A stretch of 64,000 nt of DNA from the human T2T-CHM13v2.0 reference genome, Homo sapiens. The notes under the pieces are model-generated. The model ran no database searches and was not told the origin of the DNA. It saw nothing but the letters and a program-made list of their open reading frames with translations. The stretch lies in NCBI RefSeq assembly GCF_009914755.1, contig NC_060947.1. The stretch is one strand, 5' to 3'. This document shows, one piece after another, positions 11,201 through 26,318 of the stretch. Position numbers and translations under genes: made by a program. Numbering within the stretch: the first letter of the stretch is position 1; each line of letters starts with the position of its first letter.

Positions 11201-14200
11201 GACTCCAATACATACAGCCTTTCATTGTACAACAAGTTCCCCCTGAAGTATGAAACTCATCCACTCCAGGATGTTCTTTGCGTGCAGACCCCAAAAAGGT
11301 CATCCTTAAGGTCTTCACCTCTTTCCCTAGGAAATCTCCATAGCCTCTAAATCTTGAAACCCAATTAGGCTTACAGCCCTTAATTTCACTCTTGTAATTC
11401 ACCATGTAACACACCCACCTTAGCTGTCAAAAGCCAGAAGGCACCTATAGAATGATACAAGACCCAAGAGCCATCAATGATCCAGTAGTTCCTACACACC
11501 CCATTGTTTCGAACCCTTACATCCTGTTAGGACAAATTCCTTCTGGCAGTTTTGGTTCACAGTATTAGACTTAAAGGATGCTTTCTTTTGCATTCCAGTA
11601 CATTCAGATTCACAATTTTTATTTGCCTTTGAATGGCGAGATCCTTCCACTCATACCTCCCAACAATTAACCTGGACAGGCCTCCCCTGAGGATTTAGAG
11701 ATAGCTCACAACCATTTGGACAGGCTCTTGCCAAAGATCTGTTCACCATTCAGCTATCCCTTAATAGCACCCTGCTCCAATATGTTGACCACCTGCTTAT
11801 CTGCAGTCCAACTGAAGGTATTAAATACTATTAATCTTAGAATATCTAAATGCTATTAAAACTCTTTAGAGGTTATCTTCCTGTGGTTATGAGGTTTCTC
11901 CTTCTAAAACTCAAATTTCCTCTCTGGAAGTGCAATTTCTGAGACTCACACTAACCCCAGGGTTTAAAAGTCTCTCTGATCACTGTGAAAGCCTCATCTT
12001 AAACATGGGCACACTAGCAACTAAACAACAGTTGCACTCCTTCTTGGGAATGCCAAGTTTCTGTCATATTTGGACTCCCCAATTTGGACTCATAGCAAAA
12101 CCCTCTTTATGAGACACTATGGGGACCAGAGGAAGACCCCTTTACTGGAACTCTGAAATGAACAAAACCCTAAAACCCATTAAACAAGTTTTACAACTGC
12201 CCCACCTTTGACCTTACCATACCTTAGAAAAACTTTCTATTTATTTGTACCTGAAAGAAGGGGTATCGCCCTTGGAGACTTAATCCAGCCATTGGGGCCC
12301 TCCAAATGACCAGTAGCTTACTTATCAAAGAACCTCAATTTGGTGACACAGGGCTGGCCTCCATTCCCCCGGCACTAGCCTCTGTGGCCCGATTGATTGA
12401 GGAGGCCTCCAAGCTGAGGCCAAGGAATAACAGTGTATACCCCACACCAAATGGTGGATACTTTAAACTCAAAGGGCTCTCACTGAGTCTCAAATCAAAT
12501 AAGAAGATATCAAACCCTCTTTCTACAAACACCACAATTAAACATTAAGCAGTGTGAAGTTCTTAATCATGCCATCCTGTTACCAGATCCAAATGTGGAA
12601 GGATCACTTAAACACTCTTGCTTAGAAACTCTTGATTTAAGGCTGGTCGCAGTGGCTCACACCTGTAATCCCAGCACTTAGGAAGGCCTAGGCAGGTGGA
12701 TTACCTGAGGTCAAGAGTTGGAGGCCAGCGTGGCCAACATGGTGAAACCCCATCTCTACTAAAAATATAAAAATTAGCTTGGCATGGTGACACATCTGTA
12801 GTCCCAGCTACTTGGGAGGCTGAGGCATTAGAATAGCTTGAATCCAGGAAGCAGAGGTTGCGGTGAGCTGAAATTGCACCACTGCACTCCAGCTTGGGCG
12901 ACAGAGCAAGACCCTGTCTCAGAAAAAAAAAAAAAAAAAAGAAAGAAAGAAAGAAAATATTGAATTAATTTGTAGCTCCTGATTTGACCTCCAAGATATT
13001 CCCCTTACCAATTGGGAGGCCACTTGGTTCATAGACAGCAATAGTTTCATGTTAGAAGGTACCCAGTTACCACGGTATGCTATTGTTAGCCTTACTGAAG
13101 TTACAGAATTTGGGCCCCTACCCTGTGACACCACCTCAGCCCAGAAGGCAGAACTTATTGCCCTTACCTGAGCCTTGCAATTAGGAGCATGCATGAAACT
13201 TAATACTTACACAGACTGACCTACGTCTTTCATGTAGTACATACCCATGCAGCCATTTGGCAAGAAAAGGGACTCTTAACAGCCCAAAATATTCCAGTTA
13301 GACATGCTCCTGAAATCATGGCCCCGTTAGAGGTAATTTTGCTTCCTGCACAGGTAGCTATCATTCACTGCAAAGCCCATCAGAGAAGCAATGATAAAAT
13401 CTCTATTGTGAACAATCAGGCTGATAAACAAGCAAGAGTGACTACTAAGCTACCTCTTTAGGCAGTTTTAGTTGCTAACCTAACTCAACTGTCTCCACTG
13501 TATATGCAGGAATAAACCCAAAGGGCTCTAGAGAAAGGCTTCTCCCATACTTCGGAGGGCTGGCTAAAAAGCCCTAATGGCAAACTTTTGCTCCAAGGAG
13601 CCTCACAATGAAAATTTTTAAACAGTTTACACCAATCAACTCATTTAGGGGCTAAAGCCCTCCAAGACTTAATATGGTCACTGTTTATCGGTAAAGGAAT
13701 AGCATAAACTTTAAGATCCATCTCACAGCCTTGCCCCACCTGCTGCCAAACCAGTCCTGAAGGGGCCCACAAACTTCCCCCTCTCCTCCAACTCATTCAA
13801 AGATTAGGGATCCTACCAGGAGAAGTCTGGCAGCTAGATTTTACACACATGCCTCCATGCAAGGGACTTAAATATTTGATAATCTTTGTAGATACCTTCG
13901 CCAGGTGGATAGAAGCCTTTCGCATCAAAACTGAACAGGCATGGCATCAGAAGTCACCACGGCCCTTTTGAACCACATTCTTCCCCATTGTTGGCTCCCT
14001 CACTCACTGCAGTCAGACAATAGCGCTGCTTTCATTTCTCAAATAACCCAAGAAGTTGCTAAGACCCTTCAAATCAAATACTAGTTTCAAGCAGCCTGAC
14101 ATCCACAATCCTCTGGAAAGGTAAAAGAGCCAATCAAAGCATAAAAAGGCATCTTACAAAACTGATAAACCCAACAGTCATGGCCAGCTCTGCTCCCTAT

Positions 14201-14700
14201 TGCCCTCTTAAGGTCCCTTATACCCCCAAAATCAGAAACCCATCTCAGCCCATTTGAAGTTCTTTATGGAAGACCCTTCTTACAAACAGACCTCTTGTTA
14301 GAGCCAGAAAATCATTATCCCACACAATATGTTATAATTCTTGGACAGACCATTAAAGCCATTGGCCATTACCAAAATCTCCACAGCCCCAAACCCGATC
14401 CCTCCTTTTCAGGAAAGATACACTCTAAATTCACACCTGGAGACTGGGTATGTCTTTAAACTCTCCTGCAGGTCAAAAGGCTGTTAGAACCTGTCTGAAC
14501 TGGGTGATATCAAGTTATTCTTACTATCCCAACATCTGTAAAGCTCCAAGGTCCCCATGGATCCACCACTCCAGGGGTCAAAGCTGCTCAGGCACCAAAT
14601 GAAGAGCCCTCCACTACACACAGCTGTGAGCCAATCAGAGCCCTCCATCTGTTTAGACAAAACTCAGAGGCTAAGTTGGACTCAGGTTATATTAACCCTA
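11200..14700 (+). pseudogene. ERV pol remnant (RT, RNase H, integrase), disrupted and interrupted by an Alu
   Basis: [30 protein letters not shown] (YVDD decayed, 11781-11792), RNase H SAQKAELIALT, IN HQSTHLG and WQLDFTHMP...VDTFARWIEAF. Confidence 0.92.
12641..12951 (+). mobile_element. Alu (AluSx/Sz-like) inserted in ERV pol
   Basis: Alu dimer with A/GAAA tail. 17-bp TSD with 3 mismatches at 12624-12640 and 12952-12968. Confidence 0.95.
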
Positions 14701-14719
14701 ATTCTCAACTCCACCTTAA

Positions 14720-15033
<314 letters not shown>

Positions 15034-15615
15034 AGGAGTTTCTTTTCCTTACTCCCTTTATTTTCCTTAAAATCAATGAACCTAATTTTTCCTGGCTTCT
15101 TAATTGAATCTGTGGGCTGCATCATGGTCATCGTTTTCATTGTTCTGCGCGTTATCTGTCTTCTTCCGTCTGGATGGAATAGCATTCTCCTTTGCCATTA
15201 AACTTCATTTTTAAGAATAAGTATTCTAATAACCCCACCATCATACCCTTGCCTGGCCACTGCAGCAACCTCGAGTTTTTGACCTTCCCTTAAGGTTGAT
15301 GGAAATTAGCCCAATGTCTCTTTTAAATCTTATTGTTAGAGATTACTCTTTTTATTCAATTCTACTACAGGCTCTAAGCAATTATTCAACTGCCTAACTT
15401 AGGCAGCTTTACCCTCTTAATATTAATGCTTTCACAAGGGAGGTAGTATATGATTGCTATTTGCAGGAGGACTTCTAGATTACCACCCAGATGAAATTTC
15501 TTTATATTTGTTCTAGTAATCTGATATACACCACACCACAATGATGATGTGCTGTGGTACTAAAGTGGTTTTCTAACTATTTTTCTTATACAATTTATAG
15601 CCCTTCTCCTTTCCT

Positions 15616-17349
15616 GTGTCCCTGACTTCACTATATTTTGTCGCTTTTAACTTGTCAGGCTTCATCCTCATTACTTGGATATCTCTACACTTAGTGTTAA
15701 CACTTACAATGAACTTTACTTTGCCAATCTTCCTGGATTACACCCTACTTACAGGGGCCCATAAGCTATTAAAGAAACAACATTCTCTGTGTACAAAAGA
15801 TTGTTGGCTTTGCTTACCCTTAGCCCTCAAATGGTATGCTTCTTCACTTTTTTATACTCAGTATTAGATCCATTTTAATACCATCCTGCTCTCCAAATTC
15901 CTGTTCCCCCAACTTCCATGGAACCCCAAAAACACATGTGGAATGGTAGCTGCATTCTCTGCCTATTTAAGCCAATACACGACCAAGCTAAAAATAACAA
16001 CCCCCTCAAAGGACTGGTCCTCTAACCCAAGAGACAACCGTAGACTCAAACACCCTGTTGTAGCCCCCCTTTTTAAATAAGTACAACTTAAACATCAAGC
16101 TATTTGCCTTAAAGCAACAGACAACAAACATTACTCCAACCCCATGGGTGATGTTTCTAAGCCCCTTTGCAACTACACCATATGTATAAATCACACCAAC
16201 AGAAAATACATACCAAGGGAAAAACATAATATGGTACCAGTTAGAATATCAGGCCCAGCCGATCCCAATGTCCCAAATCTCCAAAATATAAACTCTCACT
16301 TCTGTACAGATCACTCCTCTCCAGACACTTGTTCTCACCTAACTCCGTGGCAAAATTTAAAGGTTGAAAATTCCCCTAATAATTACCTACAAATTCTCAC
16401 ACTTAGCAACCCCAAATCTCAGATGTCTCCAGGCATACAACACATCCATTTGTTTAGGGAAAACAAAACCCACCCAAATGCAAATTGTAACATCTACACC
16501 TCACAACCTCTTACAATTACTATGCTAGCTACTCAATACTTCTTCAGGTCAGAAGGCCGAAACACACTCCATTTCTTCACTGTAACTCTATTCTCTTGCC
16601 TTATATCTGAGAGAGCATTCTTCCTTTGCCGAACCAATGCCTATGTTTGTCTTCCAGCCAACTGGGCTGGAACACATACGCTAGTTTACTTGGCCCCAGA
16701 CACCCAAATTGCTCCTTCCAATTAGTCCTTCCCAATCATGCTTTACAGTCCTAGCAGGGCAAAATGGCCAATCTATCTAATTCCCTTACTGCCTGGCACA
16801 GGCATTGTCACTGGATTGGGTATGAGAATAAAAGGTATGAGCCTCGCAGTGCATACTTATCATATCCTCTCAATCGAACTTGCCACTGAGCTCAAATGCG
16901 TCTCTGAGACCTTGGAAGTCCTCCAAAATCAGGTCGACTCCTTAGCAACAATTGTTCTCCAAAACTGCTGTGGCCTAAATCTGCTTATGGCAGCCCAAGA
17001 GGACATATGTTTAGCGTTTGAAAAAGAATGTTGCATTTATGTTAATCAGTCAGAAATACTGTGGGCTCATGTCAAACACCTCAGGGAGCTAGAGGCTGAA
17101 ATTGAGAAAAAAGTGTCACAAGGATGGTATTAATGGGCATCTACTTGGAGATCGTTGTCCTGGTTGCTCTTATTCCTGGGGCCAAAAACAGGCATTTTAT
17201 TATTCCTTCTTTTCATCCCTTGCATCCTAAATTTACTACTCAAATTTGTGTCTTATAGAATACAACAAATTCAAACCAACATATTACTGTAGTGAGGATA
17301 TTGGCCACTAAAAGAACTCCATAACTCTCCTTTGGATGCAGCAGGTTAA
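15616..17349 (+). pseudogene. ERV env remnant (gamma-type SU-TM) with nonsense codons
   Basis: Hydrophobic leader, CWLC (15802-15813), decayed furin site RAKW, fusion peptide, ISD-like LQNCCGLNLL, CX6CC (CLAFEKECC), TM helix WLLLFLGP...LLFIPCILNLL, cytoplasmic GYWPL. Confidence 0.92.
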
Positions 17350-17564
17350 AATTTTAGGCTGCAAATGCTGTTCCCCATTGGTCTCACAACAACTCTGCCA
17401 AATTTAACTCCCAACCCAAGGATTTAGGCCCATGTAATGTCCTAACTGAGTTACAATACTTGATAGAGACAACTCTACACCCCTGGTCAGCAGGAAGCAG
17501 TTGGAAGATAAGACCTATATCCACATGCCAAAGGTTTGTCATTGTTACTCTGTGAGGAAGGAAA

Positions 17565-18027
17565 TGTGGCGTCCTAATTAGGAAAAACGAGTCAGGCTGG
17601 CAGGAGCAGGTGAAAGCAAAGAGATAAAGCAAATAAGCTATAACTATGCCTTTCTTCCTGCTTCCAGATATATAAACAAAAAGAGGAAGCAGATGAATTG
17701 TAGGTCTGTTTTTCTTTATGACCCAGGACATATAGCCCCCCTGAGCAAATAACATACATAACTCACAAACTTCCTGATTACCATCAAATAACTCAATTTA
17801 TTAAACATCCCAGCTGACAGAAGAATGCAAGTTTCCAAGTTCCATTCTACAAAATCCTCAGCAAGCCTCTGTCTCCTGGCAGTCAGCTCCCTCCTACTGA
17901 TACGGCCCATTGCCTTCTTGCAACATATTTTCATACTTTCTCTAATAAATCTGCCTTTCACTGCCTACAACTGTCTTGGTAAATTCTGTTTCCCTCATGC
18001 CACTGGCCTAGATAGTCATCGCGCACA
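17565..18027 (+). repeat. 3' LTR (MER83-like)
   Basis: Homologous to 7836-8299 and preceded by the PPT. The terminus is slightly eroded; a possible ATAT target duplication is at 7832-7835 and 18027-18030. Confidence 0.88.
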
Positions 18028-19791
18028 TATAAAAATTAATGGAATACAACTAAAGCAATTTAAATGCCTATATTAGAAGAGAAAAAACAGAAGCACCAAG
18101 GTGACTGATTAGAAGCAGCTAATGTGCACTGCTCTCAGGGAGATGAGACAAAGTTGCAAGTAAACACTAGCTGTTCAAGTAGATTGTCCAGAAGGCCAAG
18201 GTGGGATTCATGATAGAAGCACTGGTTGCCCTCAGAGAGCAGAGAAGAGCAAGGCAAGACAGCTGCCCACCCAAGTTTGGCACAGAGCCAGGGGAGGCTA
18301 CTTACCATGGGGAAAGGGTGAGTGACTAAGAGCCCCTGAAGACCCACACTTCTGCCATGGACCTTTGCAATCCTGGGCACAGGAGAACTCTCAAACCTTG
18401 CCCATCCCCCTACACCCCATGCCCTCATGCCCACCTCCAGAATGGCACAGTCAACTGTCTGAAGTCTGGGCAGAGCCACCACTCAAGAACACATTGAGCT
18501 TCACAGTCTTTGGATCCCTGAGAAGCCTGGTACCAGCTGTCATAGCCAGCCAAAAAGGGAGGCCAGAGTCTCTCACACGCCCCAGAATAAGGGCTGCAAC
18601 CATAGTGCTGAGGAGCAGACAGGCTTAGGGCCCTACCTCTGCTGCACCAGGAGGCAAAGCCCAGTGGCCTGTGGTACCAGTGAAGCCATCCCATCCCCAC
18701 TTCACTACTTTAGCCAGTTGTAGTTCTGCATTTCTCTGAGAGGGAACTCCAAGAGGTAACAGACAAGCCCTCGGCCATTGCAGTTGCTGCGGTAACCACC
18801 CTTGCTTCCCCCAGGCTACAGAAGGAACAAACATCTTAATTGCTTTCATGTGCTTACTGCATGCTACAGTTACCCTATGCAGAGGAGGCCAGACTATCTT
18901 CTGTGGAAACTCCTGACTCTCCTGCTCTTCTCCCGGCAGGGATCTCTGGCTTGCGTTTGCAGCACAGCCACCCCACCTTCAGCTGATCATCCCAGATCCA
19001 GCAGCAGGTTCTGTAGTTCTCTGAGGTGGAGTTCCCAGAGTCAACTGACAGCTCCTCTGCCATGACACCTTGCCCTTGCTGCCCTTGGGCTGGGGACATA
19101 ACGAAGAGTCTGATTGTTTTGGTTGCACCATCAGTACACGGCTCTAAGGAGAGGAGGTGAGACTGTCTTTCCCAGGAGCCCCTTTCCCCCTCTGCTCTTT
19201 GACAGGCAGGGCCCCCCAGTTTGGGACCAGAACACAGCTTTCCCCTCCCTGGGTAATTACTCCAATCAGCTGTGGCTCTGGATTTCTCTGGGATGGAGCC
19301 ACACCCACTCAAGTCAACCTGACAGGCCCTCTGCCACTGCCACCACCATAGACCCCACCAGAGTTGCCCCAAGCTGGGGAGGGAACAAAAACACCTGAGC
19401 TCACCCCAGGGCTGTGGTTCCCAGCTTGGGAGTGTGGAGCTGAAATATGTCGTTGGTACTCAAGTGAAAAGAGGAGCCTACAATGTCAGATCATGGATAG
19501 GAGTGAGTTTCATGGACTCATGGGCTGCCATAGGAGTGGGGCCTGCCTTCTTCCACAAGGGCAGCCCAGAAGAGGTGGGGCCTATAACCATGCTGTGGAC
19601 TCTGCTTGAGGGAACCCCACATCCTGGAATACCTAACAAAATAAATATGGTCTCAGTGCCAGTGATTGGAGGGTGCACCCTCAAAGCCCAGTAGTGTACC
19701 CAGAGAGGAGGTTACCTCTCTCACCACTGCACCAAATACCAGAGCTGAAAACACTATGAACTACAAAGGAGCCATGCACTAAGAGCCTATC

Positions 19792-20197
19792 TGTTACCAA
19801 AAAGGGATCTCAATCCAGACCCCAAGAGAGGGATCTTGGATCTCAGGCAAGAAAGAATTCAAGGTGAATAGATAAAGTGAAAGCAAATTTATTAAGAAAG
19901 TGAAGGAATAAAGAATGGCTATTCCATAGGCAGAGCAGCAGCATGGGCTGATCAACTAAGTATACTTAAAGTTATTTCTTGATTATATGCTAAACAGGGG
20001 GTGGATTACTCATGAGTTTTCTGGGAAAGAGGTGGACAATTCCTGGAACTGAGTGTTTCTCCTCTTTTTAGAGAATATAGGGTAACTCCCTAACATTGTC
20101 ATGGCATTTGTAAATTGTCACGGCACTGGTGGGAGTGTCTTTTAGGATGCTACTGCATTATAATCAGCATATAATGAGCAGTGAGGATGATCAGAGT
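19792..20197 (-). mobile_element. MER41B-like LTR, 3' portion (5' part deleted)
   Basis: TGTTACC..AAAGGG..CCAGACCCCAAGAGAGGG.TCTTGGATCTC..GCAAGAAAGAATTC matches the recalled MER41 terminus. Tandem GAS motifs at 20019-20027 and 20040-20048. Confidence 0.85.
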
Positions 20198-21485
20198 CGC
20201 TGAAGGAGTGTTAAACATGGAATCAAAGGAATGACATCTGCTACCACAAAAACACACTTAAGCACATAAAGCAAGCACTATAAAGCAACCACACAATCAA
20301 GTCTACATAACAACCAGCTAACACAATGATAGGATCAAAATCTCACATATCAGTACTAACCCAGAATAATAAATGGGCTAAACACCCCTCTTAAAAGATG
20401 TAGAGTGGCGAGCTGGATAAAAGACAGGATGCAACCATTTCTTAGTTTCAAGAGCCCAATCTCACATATAATGACACAACCAGACTCAGAGAAAAAGGGT
20501 GAAGAAAGATGGACTGTGAAAAAAAAAAGAGTTACTATTATTGTATCAGATAAAACATATTTTAAACCAATAAAAAACAAAGACAAAGAAGGAAATGCAT
20601 AACATTAAGGGGTACAATCCAACAAGAAAACTTACCTGTCTTAAATGTATATTCACCCAACATTTGAGAACCGAGATTTAAAAAGCAAGTTCTTTTTGGT
20701 CTACAGAAAGACTTAGACAACCATATAGCAACAGTGGAAGAAATCAACACCCCACTGACAGCATAAGACAGAGGTCATCAAGGTATAAAACTAACAAAGA
20801 ACTCTAGATTTAATCTTGACACATGACTCATTGGACCTAACAGACATCTGCAGAACACTCCACCCAACAACCACAGAATATACATCCTTTTCATCTGCAC
20901 ACAGTACATATTCTAAGATCAATCACATGCTTGGTCATAAAGCAAGTCTCAATGAATTCAAAAAAGCTGAAATCATACCAAGCACAATCTCAAACAAGGT
21001 GCAATAAAAATAGAAATCAGTATCAAGAAGGTCTCTCAAAACTACACAAACACATAGAAATTAAGCAACTTCTACATAGCTCCTGGGTAAATATCAAAAT
21101 TAAGGCAGAAATTAAAAAATTCTTTGAAACTAATGAAAATATGGAAACAATTTACAAAAATCTCTGAGACACAGCTAAAGCAGCATTAAGAGGAATGTTT
21201 ATAGTGCTAAGCACATTCATCAAGAAGTTAGAAATATGCAAATTAACAGTCTAACTTTGCACCTATAGGAATTTTTTTTTATTATACTTTAAGTTTTAGG
21301 GCACACGTGCACAACATGCAGGTTTGTTACACATGTATACATGCGCCATGTTGGTGTGCTGCACCCATTCACTCATCATTTAACATTAGGTATATCCCCT
21401 AATGCTATCCCTCCCCCCTCCCCCCACCCCACAACAGTCCCCGGTGTGTGATGTTCCCCTTCCTGTGTCCATGTGTTCTCATTGT

Positions 21486-25245
<3,760 letters not shown>

Positions 25246-25308
25246 TATGATGTTAGCTGGTTATTTTGCTCAATAGTTGATGCAGTTTCTTCCTAGTCTT
25301 GATGATCT

Positions 25309-26318
25309 TTACAATTTGGGATGTTTTTGTAGGGGCTGGTACCAGTTGTTCCTTTCCATGTTTAGTGCTTCCTTCAGGAGCTCTTTTAGGGCAGGCCTGG
25401 TGGTGACAAAATCTCTCAGCATTTGCTTGTCTGTAAAGGATTTTATTTCTCCTTCACTTATGAAGCTTAGTTTGGCTGGATATGAAATTCTGGGTTGAAA
25501 ATTCTTTTCTTTAAAAATGTTGAATATTGGCCCCAACTCTCTTCTGGCTTGTAGAGTTTCTGCCAAGAGATCAGCTGTTAGTCTGATGGGCTTCCCTTTG
25601 TGGGTAACCTTACCTTTCTCTCTGGCTGCCCTTAACATTTTTTCCTTCATTTCAACTTTGGTGAATCTGACAATTTTTTGTCTTGGAATTGCTCTTCTCA
25701 AGGAGTATCTTTGTAGCATTGTCTGTATTTCCTGAATTTGAATGTTGGCCTGCCTTGCTAGATTGGGGAAGTTATCCTGGATAATATCCTGCAGAGTGTT
25801 TTCCAACTTGGTTCCATTCTCCCTGTCACTTTCAGGTACACCAATCAGACATAGATTTGGTCTTTTCACGTAATCCCAGATTTCATGGAGGCTTTCTTCA
25901 TTTCTTTTTTTCTTTTTTCTCTAAACTTCTCACTTCATTTCATTCATTCCATCTTCCATCACTGATACCCTTTCTTCCAGTTGATTGAATCAACACTCAG
26001 GCTTGTGCATTCATCATGTAGTTCTCATGCTGTGGTTTTCAGCTCCATCAGGTCCTTTAACGACTTCTCTGCATTGGTTATTCTAATTAGCTGTTCGTCT
26101 AATCTTTTTTCAAGTTTTTTAACTTCTTTGCCATGGGTTTGAACTTCCTCCTTTAGCTTGGAGTAGTTTGATCATCTGAAGCATTCTTCTCTCCACTTGC
26201 CAAAGTCATTCTCCATCTAGCTTTGTTCCGTTGCTGGTGAGGAGCTGCATTCCTTTGGAGTAGGAGAGGGGCTCTGATTTTTAGAATTTCCAGTTTTTCT
26301 GCTCTGTTTTTTCCCCAT
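25309..26318 (-). pseudogene. L1 ORF1p remnant
   Basis: ATG at 26318. Only the C-terminal 186 aa are open. Confidence 0.88.

Noticed and set aside
16738-17133. Intact syncytin-like gene
   Set aside because: The furin site is mutated, stops flank the TM ectodomain and this ORF has no signal peptide. Only the frame preservation is reported as a finding.
18092-19791. GC-rich cluster of overlapping ORFs as a cellular exon or promoter
   Set aside because: It begins with an L1 5'-end motif and is collinear with downstream L1 ORF1/ORF2. The ORFs reflect low stop-codon density.
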